From an uncultured virus (IMG/VR IMGVR_UViG_3300049020_000051) (lineage: Duplodnaviria; Heunggongvirae; Uroviricota; Caudoviricetes), in the IMG/VR virus record IMGVR_UViG_3300049020_000051: 64,000 nucleotides of DNA, one strand, 5' to 3'. Positions 9,996-18,921 of the stretch are shown in pieces. The position numbers were made by a program, and so were the translations under genes. The notes beneath the pieces were generated by a model. The model did no database searches and was not told the origin of the DNA. It saw nothing but the letters and a program-made list of their open reading frames with translations. Within the stretch, counting starts at the first letter, position 1. Every line of letters starts with the position of its first letter.

Positions 9996-10274
9996 TCAGA
10001 CCTCTTTGATGACCAGCAGGAAGTCGGCTTCCTTGACCAGGCCGGCGGCCGTCGTCATGCGGACAGTGACTTTGTACTTTTCGCCGTGCGTGCCGGCGGA
10101 CAGGATCAGCTTCACGACGGCGTTGACCATCGTGTCGGCCACGAGCGTGACGCCCGGCTCAGTGACGACCTCGTAACTGGCCGCGGTGTCCGAGCGGCCC
10201 TGGAGCCAAGTGCGGAAGTCGACGTCGTAGTCGAGCACCTCGCCTGGCTGCTTGGTGAATTTGGTGGTGGCCAT
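9996..10274 (-). CDS. Small virion structural protein (92 aa)
   Basis: K-x-P-x-E-x-LDYDVDF motif seen in phage fibre-attachment proteins. Confidence 0.6.
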   Translation of the reverse strand: MATTKFTKQPGEVLDYDVDFRTWLQGRSDTAASYEVVTEPGVTLVADTMVNAVVKLILSAGTHGEKYKVTVRMTTAAGLVKEADFLLVIKEV

Positions 10275-10289
10275 GGCTGTCCGTTCGAC

Positions 10290-11513
10290 CTATGGGTTAG
10301 GCACAAGAACCACACGGTCCTGCGCGAGTACGGTCATCGTTCGGGACTCCGCTGGCACGACGAGGCGCCGCGGTGAAGCCCCTACTTGGATCTGCACGCT
10401 TCGGCCGACGCCAAGAGCGGTAGACGTGCCGGCGGACAGGCCGGCGCCTTGTGAGCCAGCCGCGGTATAGGCGGCGGCTGCGGAGGTTGCCTGCGCCGCG
10501 CCGATCGCGTCGGCGGTGGCGCGCAGCACCGCGACGGCTGCAGCAGCGCCAGCGGACAGGCCCGCGCCGGAGGCCAATGCGGCGATCAGTGCGTCGGCGG
10601 TGGCGATGGCTGTGGAGGCTCCGGCTGCGAGGCGGAGCGTCAGGGATTGGGCCTCCGCCGCAGCCGCGGCCAGCGCGCTCCCCGCGCCCGAGGCGACCGA
10701 GCCCACGAACGCCGTGGCTGAGCTGGTCGCCTCGGCGGACCCAACAGCGAACGCGGTCGAAGCACCCTGCCCCACGGCCAACGCCGTCGCCGCGGCCGAG
10801 CCGGCAGCGATGCCCTGCGCCGACAGAACGCCTGCCGCCGTCGATGTACCTGCTGCGGCGCCAGCGGCCTGGCTGACTGCCACGCCTGACGCGGAGGCAG
10901 CCGACGTACCGGCGGCCGAACCCACGAGCAGGCCCAGGCCAAGGCCGGCGGCCAGCGCCGTGGATGTCCCGGCGGAGTCCCCGACGCCCGTGGGCGAGCT
11001 GCTGGGTGCTACGGCCAGCGCCGAGGAGGTGGCCGTGCTCGAGCCTTCGCCCCCGGCCGCGGCCGCGCCGGCAGCTGCAGCTGCGCTCGTGGCGCTGGCG
11101 GTGCCGGCAGTGGCGACCGTAGCCGCCCCGACGCCAGCAGCCGCACTCGTGGCGCTGGACGCACCGTCAGCCGCCGAGAGCCCGCCAGAGCTCGCCGAAG
11201 CCATGCTGGTGGCAGCAGCGGCAGCGGCAGCGGCTGCGATGGCGCTCAGGGCTCCTGGCGCCGTGGACGTGCCGGCGGAGCTGCCCGAGCTGAGGAACAG
11301 GGCCGCGCCGACGGCCAGGGCGGTGGACGAGCCCGCTGCGGTACCGACGTCGCCGCCGGCCAAGGGAAAGTTCTGTGTGGTCCGCGCACCCAGGGGCTGC
11401 CGAGAGCGGACGATGAACCGTCGCGCTGGCTTGGCAGTCGGGGGCGCCGGCAGTTCGTCGGCACCTTGGCGCCAGACGACCGCCGCGCCCCGGGAGTGGC
11501 GAACGAAGAACAC
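10290..11513 (-). CDS. Ala/Gly/Ser-rich protein with 16 x 20-aa repeats
   Basis: Regular G-x-[AS]-A-[GA]-T-S-x-A 20-residue periodicity. Confidence 0.65.
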   Translation of the reverse strand: MFFVRHSRGAAVVWRQGADELPAPPTAKPARRFIVRSRQPLGARTTQNFPLAGGDVGTAAGSSTALAVGAALFLSSGSSAGTSTAPGALSAIAAAAAAAAATSMASASSGGLSAADGASSATSAAAGVGAATVATAGTASATSAAAAAGAAAAGGEGSSTATSSALAVAPSSSPTGVGDSAGTSTALAAGLGLGLLVGSAAGTSAASASGVAVSQAAGAAAGTSTAAGVLSAQGIAAGSAAATALAVGQGASTAFAVGSAEATSSATAFVGSVASGAGSALAAAAAEAQSLTLRLAAGASTAIATADALIAALASGAGLSAGAAAAVAVLRATADAIGAAQATSAAAAYTAAGSQGAGLSAGTSTALGVGRSVQIQVGASPRRLVVPAESRTMTVLAQDRVVLVPNP

Positions 11514-11515
11514 GC

Positions 11516-12133
11516 TCAGGGCTCCATCAGCAGCGAGATGTCGAGGTCGTCGCAGCCGCTGGCCGTGAGGCGCAGCGTCACGACGTTGCCGTTCAGGTCA
11601 GCTGCCGGGAGATCCAGGCGGTAGACCCCGTTGGCGACTTCTGTCACGGCGCCCAGCGTGCCCGCACCAAACGAGCCGTTGTCGATCAACCGCGTGGCCG
11701 TGACCGTCTTGCCCGTCGCGGGGTTGTGCGTCGTGCTGTCGGTCATCACGAAGTGGAAGTTGCTCAGCGCAACGTTCTTCTTGAGGCGGGCCTGGATCGC
11801 CACGCTACCCGTGCTGTCGATGCCGAGGGCGGGGAAGTTCGGCGGACGGGTGTAGACCGCGGCGCCGACGACGTCGATGCCAGAGGTCGTCGACTTGCCT
11901 GTGAAGAGCAGTGAATCGGCCGCGGTCTCGGCCTGGGTCAGGTCGAACAGGTACCAGCCGGGGGCGTTCGTCGAGCTGACTTCGGTCGCCGATGTATCGC
12001 CCAGCACAGTTGCAGAGCCATGGTCCTTGGAAACGTAGGCGGTGAGGTTTGCGGCGTCGCCGGTCTTGGGGCCGCCGGTGGCACGGTCGAGCGCGAGCAG
12101 CGCGATCTTCTGGGACGCGACGTTCTTAAACAT
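11516..12133 (-). CDS. Virion structural protein with two similar Ig-like halves
   Basis: TEVSSTNAPGWYLFDLTQAE and TEVANGVYRLDLPAAD internal duplication. Confidence 0.6.
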   Translation of the reverse strand: MFKNVASQKIALLALDRATGGPKTGDAANLTAYVSKDHGSATVLGDTSATEVSSTNAPGWYLFDLTQAETAADSLLFTGKSTTSGIDVVGAAVYTRPPNFPALGIDSTGSVAIQARLKKNVALSNFHFVMTDSTTHNPATGKTVTATRLIDNGSFGAGTLGAVTEVANGVYRLDLPAADLNGNVVTLRLTASGCDDLDISLLMEP

Positions 12134-12848
12134 TTCGGTTTCCTCGCTGATAGAAGTAGCGCAGGCCGGCCTTGGCCGAAGAGCCTCCGCCTGTGCGCGT
12201 AACGGGGTGGGCGATACCGCTGTTCGTCACGCCGCCGACCAAGCTGAGAGACCGGCTGCCCCCCAGGCTCGTGAGGTCGGTGGTGTCGCGCATCGGGAAG
12301 CCGTCAATGTGGTTGGCGCGCGTTTCTCCCAGCGCGCCTGCGACCAGCGCGTCGTAGTCGCTGTCGTCCAGTGCCCGGCTATAGAAGTGCGCCTCGGCGA
12401 CACTGCCGGTGAGCCAGATGGAGGGGGCGCCGGCGTTGTTGATCCAGTACGCACCGATGACAACGCGGTCGTGGTTCGTGATGTCGTCGAGCATCGACGC
12501 ACCGTTCGTCGACTCGACGTTCGAGCCGAAGTAGACCTTGCGGCTGGTGAGGCTCTCGAAGACCACCATCATCAGCTGCATCGTCGAAGGGCTCAGATGC
12601 GGTGTGGTCGACTTCTGCGCCGCGTTGTTGGTACCGGGATTGCGCAGGTACGCTTCCTTGTTGGCGCCGAAGCCCGTGAACCACCCCATCGCAGCGCGGT
12701 CACCGTTGGACTGGCCCTGGAGGATGGCTACCTGGTTGCTCACGCCCGTTGAGCCGGCGACCCAGAGCGTCATCGTGAACGGGAAGCTGGTGGCGATCTT
12801 GGCCGCGTGTACCAGGTACCCAGTGCTGCCGTTGAGTGCGAGAGCCAT
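12126..12848 (-). CDS. LamG/ConA-like virion protein
   Basis: Start MALALNG by TAATG overlap; FPFTMTLWV...LTGSVAEAHFYSRAL pattern. Confidence 0.55.
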   Translation of the reverse strand: MALALNGSTGYLVHAAKIATSFPFTMTLWVAGSTGVSNQVAILQGQSNGDRAAMGWFTGFGANKEAYLRNPGTNNAAQKSTTPHLSPSTMQLMMVVFESLTSRKVYFGSNVESTNGASMLDDITNHDRVVIGAYWINNAGAPSIWLTGSVAEAHFYSRALDDSDYDALVAGALGETRANHIDGFPMRDTTDLTSLGGSRSLSLVGGVTNSGIAHPVTRTGGGSSAKAGLRYFYQRGNRNV

Positions 12849-13945
12849 TACGCGGTCCTCAAGAAGTAGAGGCCGGACGCTGAGGTCGGGAGGACGACGA
12901 CCCCCTTCAGGGCCGGCACGTAGTCGATGCGGCCGTTGAGGCCGCGGGTGCTCGACGAGGACGCTGGTAGCGACGCGCCGCCAGCGGAAAGGATGCTCAT
13001 ATCCCACGTCGTGGTGCCGTTAGGCGTGATCACGTAGACCCGACCGGCAGTCGCCCCGATACCGCAGTAGAAGAGGAACCTGTCGTTGTCGGGGTCGTAG
13101 CACATGCCCCCGTACTGCGGCGTGTCGGCGGCGAACTGGGTCAGTGCGGCGCTGGCGTTGAACGTGATCGCGGTCATCACGTTGGTGGTCGGATCGAAGA
13201 TCGCGGCGTTCACCTGCACGGGCGCGTTGTTGGCGCCCTCACCGTCCGCCCAAGCCAGGCCGAAGAGCCGGCTACGGAGCGTGTCCAGGCACCAGGGGCG
13301 ACGCACCCAGCCGGCGACGACGGTCACGCCGGGGTTTGACCAGGCGCCCGTGCTGGCGGTCCACTTGCGCGCACCGAGCGCCGGACTCAGGAACGACCAG
13401 CCGTCGCCCGAGGCATCCAGCACTTCGCCATACCAGCCGGCCGGTGCGTTCGAGAACGTGCCGGCCGCGTCCCACAAGTTCGTGTCCGGGTTGAAGCCGT
13501 CCACCGTTGGCGATTGCGGTGGGCCGTCGCCGTAGATGTAGCGCGCGCCGAGCGCGACGATTCGGTTGCGTGCCGCGGACCAGTGGATGTGCTTGTACGT
13601 GTGGCGCGACGCGGGCTTGCCGTCGGGGTTGTAGGCCCCGTCGAACGTCACGCTCGACGACGGGTCACCGCCGGGTGAACGGAGCGCCCACGCCGGCGCG
13701 TTGTCGGTCAGTCGCAGGCCCACAACACGGTTGTCGGAGTAGCCGTGACCACCAGCCAGCGCGATGAACAGTTCGCTCGTGTCCGGCCGCAACGTGAAGC
13801 AGCCGAACTCGTCCACGGGCGCGCCGCCCGCGCCCGTGGTCCCCGAGATGGCGGTCCACTGATTCAGCGCGAGACCGGCACGCCAGGCGGGGAGCGACTC
13901 TGCGCGCCCACGCCCGAACGCTGTGCGCGGGCCGTTGAAGACCAC
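12848..13945 (-). CDS. Beta-propeller (Kelch-like) virion protein
   Basis: GGH, PASRHTY, FNPDTNLW, YDPDNDRFL blade-like repeats. Confidence 0.55.
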   Translation of the reverse strand: MVFNGPRTAFGRGRAESLPAWRAGLALNQWTAISGTTGAGGAPVDEFGCFTLRPDTSELFIALAGGHGYSDNRVVGLRLTDNAPAWALRSPGGDPSSSVTFDGAYNPDGKPASRHTYKHIHWSAARNRIVALGARYIYGDGPPQSPTVDGFNPDTNLWDAAGTFSNAPAGWYGEVLDASGDGWSFLSPALGARKWTASTGAWSNPGVTVVAGWVRRPWCLDTLRSRLFGLAWADGEGANNAPVQVNAAIFDPTTNVMTAITFNASAALTQFAADTPQYGGMCYDPDNDRFLFYCGIGATAGRVYVITPNGTTTWDMSILSAGGASLPASSSSTRGLNGRIDYVPALKGVVVLPTSASGLYFLRTA

Positions 13946-13949
13946 AGCA

Positions 13950-14381
13950 TCAGCCTTCGGTGACGGCCGTGGCGGTCGTCAACTGCGGGGTCACGCCAGA
14001 CGACACTGAGATGTTCGGCGTCACGGTGCCACTGTAGAGGATCTTCGTGGCACCGCTGGAGGCCACGCCGACCGACCAGTGGGTGATCGTGTTCGTGCCA
14101 CCCGTACAGGCCGGGAAGCTGATCGCCGCGGCCGGCGAGACCGAGCTACCCGTGACGGTCCAGCCGCCCGTGGTGCGGGCCACGGCGACGCGGGCGTAGC
14201 TCGTGTACGTCGCCTCGTTGGAGCTCTGCGTGCCGGCGTCCGTGGGGTCGGCCGTGTGCAGCGCCACGAACAGGTTCGTCAGCGGGGCCGCGGCCGCGTT
14301 GTCGAGCAGGTTGGCGATGGCGGTCGCGTTGAAGATCGACTTCAGGAAATCGTTCTCGAAGGTAGCGCCTTTTCCGGCCAT
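13950..14381 (-). CDS. Small virion structural protein (143 aa)
   Basis: LFVALHTADP...NEATYTSYARVAV motif of common phage fibre/tail subunits. Confidence 0.7.
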   Translation of the reverse strand: MAGKGATFENDFLKSIFNATAIANLLDNAAAAPLTNLFVALHTADPTDAGTQSSNEATYTSYARVAVARTTGGWTVTGSSVSPAAAISFPACTGGTNTITHWSVGVASSGATKILYSGTVTPNISVSSGVTPQLTTATAVTEG

Positions 14382-14399
14382 GATGTTCTCCAGGGAAAG

Positions 14400-15053
14400 T
14401 TAGAGGCCGCCGTAGGCGACGATGCGGGTCTTGTGGCGCGCGCGGCGCTGCTCGGCCTGGACTTCGAAGCAATAGGTTTCGAAGTCGGTCTTGAAGGCAG
14501 TGGCCTTGGTCTTGTCGAAGGCCTCGGCGTCCTGCTTGCTGTAAGCCAGGTGCTTGATCCACAGCAGCAGGTGGCGGTGGTGCTCTTCGCCGATCTCGAA
14601 CGGCTCGTCGTCGTCCGAGACGGTGGTGATGGGCAGGCGGAACACGTTGAGCCGCACCGTGGTGGTTTCGGCGGCCTTCGGGTACAGCCTGGCGAAGTTG
14701 ACCGAGCCGCCGGTGATCAGCGCGCGGAGCGTGCCGGGGCGGCCGTCGAAGTACCAGCCGCGCTTCGGCATCTCTTCGGGGCTGACGATGTCGATCGCGC
14801 GGCCGGTGTCGACCCGCAGTGCAGAGCGGATCTGCTTGACGCTCGGGTGCAGCGCCACACGCTCATCGTCCGGCACGATGGCCAGCTCGACGACCGCTGG
14901 CGTGAAGTCATCCGCGATACCGTCGGTCTTCCGACAGAACATCTTCTGGGCGTCGTCGGCGTGCCGATAGAACTCGTCGTCGCTCCACAAGTGGGGCTCT
15001 TCGAGGTCGTTCATCTCGGCGCGGAAAACCTCCAGCAGCTCAGACGGCAGCAC
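14400..15053 (-). CDS. Putative head-tail adaptor/neck protein
   Basis: FR-x-EMND-x3-P-x-LWSD...HLAYSKQDAE pattern; position after capsid genes. Confidence 0.55.
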   Translation of the reverse strand: MLPSELLEVFRAEMNDLEEPHLWSDDEFYRHADDAQKMFCRKTDGIADDFTPAVVELAIVPDDERVALHPSVKQIRSALRVDTGRAIDIVSPEEMPKRGWYFDGRPGTLRALITGGSVNFARLYPKAAETTTVRLNVFRLPITTVSDDDEPFEIGEEHHRHLLLWIKHLAYSKQDAEAFDKTKATAFKTDFETYCFEVQAEQRRARHKTRIVAYGGL

Positions 15054-15062
15054 GGCGATTCC

Positions 15063-15422
15063 TTACTTGCCCGCCTTGAGCTCGGCCCAGAGCTTGTCGC
15101 GCTCTTGCGCGGAGACCGTGAAGCCCACGCGCTCGCTGAGCACCTTGTTGTGCGGCGTGCCGGCGGCGGTGAACTCCTCGCGCACGTTCGCGGCGGCCAT
15201 GTCTTCCATGGCGGTGCGGATCAGCAGCACGCGGTCTTCGCCCTCGGGGATCTCGACCTTCTTCACTTCGGGCTCGTCTTCCTCTTCGGCCGGCAGCGCG
15301 CCGATGGCGATGGCCTCGGCCTTCACGCGCGGCGGGACGTGCGTGGCCACGCCCTTCTTGAACTCGATCGTGTGGCCGTTGACGGACGCGAGGGTGTAGT
15401 CCCGGTTCAGGGTGTATTTCAT
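15063..15422 (-). CDS. Hypothetical head-associated protein
   Basis: AAGGAG RBS, 119 aa. Confidence 0.6.
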   Translation of the reverse strand: MKYTLNRDYTLASVNGHTIEFKKGVATHVPPRVKAEAIAIGALPAEEEDEPEVKKVEIPEGEDRVLLIRTAMEDMAAANVREEFTAAGTPHNKVLSERVGFTVSAQERDKLWAELKAGK

Positions 15423-15439
15423 CTTTGGCTCCTTGGAGA

Positions 15440-15463
15440 GCGGGGCCTCTCACGAGGCCCCGC
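15440..15463. other. GC-rich hairpin between capsid-region genes
   Basis: GCGGGGCCTC-TCAC-GAGGCCCCGC, no U-tract. Confidence 0.5.
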
Positions 15464-15481
15464 GGTGGGCGAGCAGGCCGA

Positions 15482-15919
15482 TCAGTTGGTCTGCACTTCG
15501 TTGCTGCGGCCGGCGATCACGTACATCAGGCGGACCGTGTACGAGCCGGTGGTGGCGTCGCCGTTGGCGTTGGCGATCGTGAGGCGCAGGTCCTCGCCCA
15601 GGCCGTTGTAGCCCGTCGGTACGAGGGCGGTACGGCCCAACGCCTTGACCGACGTGGCGGCCAGGTAGCGGGTGCCGCTGGCCGAGTCGCCGACGGCGAC
15701 GGTCGCGGCGCCGGTGTCGTTCGACACCGTGTTCACGACCAGTTCGCCACCGATCACGACGGCGCCGGGCGGCAGGCCGATCGGCTCGAAGGTCGCCGAG
15801 CCGGCGGCCTTCAGGTTCGTCAGCGCGCCAGCCGTGTTGAGCATGGCGTCGTTGACGGTCCAGTTGAACTCCTGCACCAGCGGGTACTGGGCCGAGCGGT
15901 TCTTCTTCAGGGTTGCCAT
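15482..15919 (-). CDS. Capsid decoration/cement protein
   Basis: 145 aa directly downstream of MCP; LPPGAVVIGG jelly-roll-like pattern. Confidence 0.6.
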   Translation of the reverse strand: MATLKKNRSAQYPLVQEFNWTVNDAMLNTAGALTNLKAAGSATFEPIGLPPGAVVIGGELVVNTVSNDTGAATVAVGDSASGTRYLAATSVKALGRTALVPTGYNGLGEDLRLTIANANGDATTGSYTVRLMYVIAGRSNEVQTN

Positions 15920-15952
15920 GACTGGCTCCTTTCAGGGTGGTTCACGCGCGAG

Positions 15953-15977
15953 CAGGGCGCGGCATCGCCGCGCCCTG
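15953..15977. other. Hairpin immediately downstream of major capsid gene
   Basis: CAGGGCGCGGC-ATC-GCCGCGCCCTG. Confidence 0.5.
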
Positions 15978-15982
15978 GCCCA

Positions 15983-17095
15983 TTACTGGGCGACGTAGGT
16001 GTTGATGACGCCGAAGTCCTCGACCGCGCCGGCCTCGTAGATCGAACCGAACTTGGGCTTCAGGAAGCCCAGGATCTTTCCGATGGAGATGCCCTGCTGG
16101 TTGTCGTAGTCGAAGCCCTTCTCGTTCCATTCGGCGTTGCCGATGTCGGCCATGCCGAGGGCTTGCGCGCCGCAGAAGATGATCTGGGAGCCTTCGACCG
16201 TGCCGCCCGCGCCGTACTTCGAGCCCGAGGCCGCGCCCACCGTGTTCGGCACATGGCGGAACTCGTGCAGGTAGATGCCGTCGATCTTGACCGTCGCGCC
16301 GGTGAACAGCGCGTCGTTCTTGTCGGCTTGGGTCGAGTGCCGCAGGTTCTGCAGGTACGTCGGGTCCAGCTTCAGCTTGGCCATCGCGTTCGGGGTGAGG
16401 AAGGCGTGGTAGGTTTCCTCGCCGCCGGCCGCGTTCACGCCACGGATGTAGCGGTTCTTGGCGTAGGCCTTCAGGTTGACGAACAGCTCCCAGGTCGGGG
16501 TGTCGGCCGCGGTGACGGCGCTGGAGGCACCGCCAGCAACCAGGGCCAGGTTGGTCTTGTCCCAGCGCAGGCGACGGCCGGCAGACGGGGCGCTGACGTC
16601 GGCGGCGAACTCCAGGAACGGGAGGTCCGAGCCAACACGCGTGGAGCCGTCGGGCTTGAGGGAATACGACCGGCCACCGAGCGTCAGGAACGCCATCTGG
16701 TCGATACGGTCGGCCAGCCAGTAGGCCAGCACGTTGCGGCTGTTGCCGCGGAACTCGACCACCGACTTCTGGTCGGCCATCTTGCCCTCGTGGCGGTTGG
16801 CGTGACGCAGCTGGTCGATGCGGATGACCTGGTCGAAGGTCTGCATCGACTCTTCGTTGCCTTCCAGCGTGCGGTCGCCTGCGACGCCGTCACCGGTCAG
16901 GTCGGCCAGCAGCGTGATCACTGCGCGGGCGCCCTTTTCGCTCTTCTTGAGCTCGGTGATGTGCTGGATCAGCGCGTTCGGGCCGTTGCCCATGAACCGG
17001 TTGACGAAGCTCATGTTGCGAGCCTGCTTCCACAGGTCCATCGACCAGATGGTCTTCTGCTCGGCGGTCAGCAAGCCGAAATTGGTGAGTGCCAT
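15983..17095 (-). CDS. Major capsid protein (N4-gp56/DUF4043 type)
   Basis: 370 aa; GDGVAGDRTLEGNEE...IDQLRHA motif; strong AAGGAGG RBS. Confidence 0.9.
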   Translation of the reverse strand: MALTNFGLLTAEQKTIWSMDLWKQARNMSFVNRFMGNGPNALIQHITELKKSEKGARAVITLLADLTGDGVAGDRTLEGNEESMQTFDQVIRIDQLRHANRHEGKMADQKSVVEFRGNSRNVLAYWLADRIDQMAFLTLGGRSYSLKPDGSTRVGSDLPFLEFAADVSAPSAGRRLRWDKTNLALVAGGASSAVTAADTPTWELFVNLKAYAKNRYIRGVNAAGGEETYHAFLTPNAMAKLKLDPTYLQNLRHSTQADKNDALFTGATVKIDGIYLHEFRHVPNTVGAASGSKYGAGGTVEGSQIIFCGAQALGMADIGNAEWNEKGFDYDNQQGISIGKILGFLKPKFGSIYEAGAVEDFGVINTYVAQ

Positions 17096-17113
17096 GACAG
17101 GCCTCCTTCTCGA

Positions 17114-17128
17114 AATCGAAGTTAGATA
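17114..17128. promoter_or_regulatory. Operator-like site AATCGAAGTTAGATA upstream of MCP RBS
   Basis: Variant of the 15-bp palindrome. Confidence 0.55.
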
Positions 17129-17188
17129 GACGACTGGTTCTGCCGAATCTCGCCTCGACTTGCGAAGGTGAAGCTGCTGTCGTTGAGC

Positions 17189-17209
17189 TTCGATCTACGT
17201 TAGATCGAA
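17189..17209. promoter_or_regulatory. Extended palindromic operator-like site TTCGATCTACGTTAGATCGAA
   Basis: 9-bp perfect arms around the 15-bp core, upstream of MCP. Confidence 0.7.
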
Positions 17210-17217
17210 CTCTACAC

Positions 17218-17244
17218 GAAAAAGAGCCGGCACAAGGCCGGCTC
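17218..17244 (-). terminator. Intrinsic terminator after accessory island
   Basis: GAGCCGGC-5nt-GCCGGCTC followed by TTTTT on minus strand. Confidence 0.65.
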
Positions 17245-17285
17245 ATGAAGGCGCGCGGGTGCGCGCCGGAGACAAGGGGTGCGGG

Positions 17286-17573
17286 TCAGGCGATCTTGGT
17301 CAGCGTGAAGCCGCCACTGACGCCGAAGTTCACCCAGGTGAACTTGTCCGGGTCGCCGTTCCACGACACCGAACCGTTCATGTTGACCGTCACGTCGTAG
17401 CCGTCCGGCTGCGGGCCGAGCAACGCGAGGAACGCATCGGCCGCGGCCAGCGCCTGGTCGCGATCCTTGGCGTGGACGGGCTGCGGCTTCACGACCTGTT
17501 CGTCGAACTTGGCGGCCAGCGCCTCGCGGGCGGCTTGGATGTTGATGGCGACGACGCCGATGGAATAGCTCAT
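17286..17573 (-). CDS. Hypothetical protein
   Basis: AAGGAG RBS before MSYSIGVV. Confidence 0.6.
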   Translation of the reverse strand: MSYSIGVVAINIQAAREALAAKFDEQVVKPQPVHAKDRDQALAAADAFLALLGPQPDGYDVTVNMNGSVSWNGDPDKFTWVNFGVSGGFTLTKIA

Positions 17574-17584
17574 GGTGATCTCCT

Positions 17585-17929
17585 TCAGGGGTGGGTAGGC
17601 CAAGCAACGGAGTTGCTGAACATGCGGGTGATAGGTACGTCGGTCTTCGAGCGCGTAATGACGTGGATACGGCCGGTGAGGAGCACGCGCAGGCGCGCGC
17701 CGAGCGAGAACTGCACGACTACGTGGGTTTCGACGTAGGCTGGCGCGAAACCGTCCATCTCACGCATCTCGGGCAGCGCCGGGGCCGGGAACAGCCAGGC
17801 AAGCAGGCGCTGGCGCCTGGTGGGCGCCGCGCAGAACGCCTGGCTGGGCTGCTCCTCGCCGCGCAATAGGTCGGTGATTTCGCCGACCTTCGCCTGGCGC
17901 CGTGCGGCACGATCGCGGAGCCAGCTCAT
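17585..17929 (-). CDS. Hypothetical protein
   Basis: ATGA-coupled 114-aa ORF. Confidence 0.55.
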   Translation of the reverse strand: MSWLRDRAARRQAKVGEITDLLRGEEQPSQAFCAAPTRRQRLLAWLFPAPALPEMREMDGFAPAYVETHVVVQFSLGARLRVLLTGRIHVITRSKTDVPITRMFSNSVAWPTHP

Positions 17930-18366
17930 TTCGTGGCCCTGACGAGGCGGCGCGTCAGCACCTCGCTGTACTGCTGCATGGCGAGCAGTTGTGCGCGCTG
18001 GTCCTGACGTTCGTCGGCCGGCAGTGCATTGAAGCGCTCGGTGCCGATGAAGACCTGGAGGCGGCTCAGCTTCTCGTTGAGGTCGTGCAGCTCGATCCGC
18101 ATCCGGTCGGCGAAGGTGGTCTCGACCACTGCGGCGTAGGCCCGCTCGAACACGTCGAGCGGCGACCAGCTGATATAGCCGATGTGCTTCGGGTGGTTCG
18201 GCTTGCCGCCGTCGACATACTCGACCAGGTAGCCGAGGGCGTCAGGGTTCTCGTCGCCCGACATATCCCAGCCGCGGTACTCGTTGTACTCGCGGAGCGG
18301 CATCGGTCGTGCGAACAGTTCCTTCGTGCCGCGGTAGCGGGTGAAGCCTTCAGGTGCGCCGCTCAT
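17926..18366 (-). CDS. Two-domain phage protein (GYLVEY...YISWSP-x2-VFERAY domain + crAss001_48-like helical domain)
   Basis: Recognisable motifs; ATGA-coupled. Confidence 0.65.
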   Translation of the reverse strand: MSGAPEGFTRYRGTKELFARPMPLREYNEYRGWDMSGDENPDALGYLVEYVDGGKPNHPKHIGYISWSPLDVFERAYAAVVETTFADRMRIELHDLNEKLSRLQVFIGTERFNALPADERQDQRAQLLAMQQYSEVLTRRLVRATK

Positions 18367-18704
18367 GCTGCGCTCCCGTGAAGCTGCTCACGCAGTGCGT
18401 AGCCCATGAGCGGCCACAGCTCCTGCTTCGCGTTGTCGACGGCGACCTTCACGCCAATCTCGGCGTTGTCGTTCTCGGACGAGACGGCAGCGGAGGGGCG
18501 GCCGGTGACGGCGAAGCCGTTCTTCGTCGTCAGGATCGCCCACCGCAGCACCTGGCCGCTCTTCGAGACGTGCTTGAGGATCTCGACGTCGACGATGTTG
18601 GCATTCAGTTCGTCGGTGGTGATGCGCGGGGCGGTCAAGCCCTTGGCCACGGCGAGCGCGTCGATACCGGCGTCGTCGAGTCGTGGTGAAGCGATGTTGT
18701 GCAT
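18363..18704 (-). CDS. Phage Gp49/Gp66-family protein (Acb4-like nucleotide sponge candidate)
   Basis: TAPRIT...NGFAVTG...SENDNAEIG...NA-x3-LWPLMGYALR motif. Confidence 0.75.
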   Translation of the reverse strand: MHNIASPRLDDAGIDALAVAKGLTAPRITTDELNANIVDVEILKHVSKSGQVLRWAILTTKNGFAVTGRPSAAVSSENDNAEIGVKVAVDNAKQELWPLMGYALREQLHGSAA

Positions 18705-18718
18705 GAGAGCTCCTCGGG

Positions 18719-18919
18719 TTAGGCCGCCGGGTGGCGGAGGGTGGTGAGAATCTGGCTGCAGGCGTTGGCCGCCTGGTCATAGGTGCTGAAGGCGGCGAGT
18801 ACGCCCCAGCGGCTGTTCGTCAGACGGTCGACGTCTGCGGAAATGAGGCCCTCGAACGGGTCGTGCGGGTCCAGCCGGAGGGCCAGCGCCTGCAACCACC
18901 TGGCGAGGGCGAGGCGCAT
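18719..18919 (-). CDS. Hypothetical protein
   Basis: 66-aa ORF 2 nt after scaffold stop. Confidence 0.45.
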   Translation of the reverse strand: MRLALARWLQALALRLDPHDPFEGLISADVDRLTNSRWGVLAAFSTYDQAANACSQILTTLRHPAA

Positions 18920-18921
18920 GG

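Noticed and set aside
10516..11568. Ala/Pro-rich plus-strand ORF
   Set aside because: Antisense mirror of the 20-aa repeat gene, which fits the minus-strand operon
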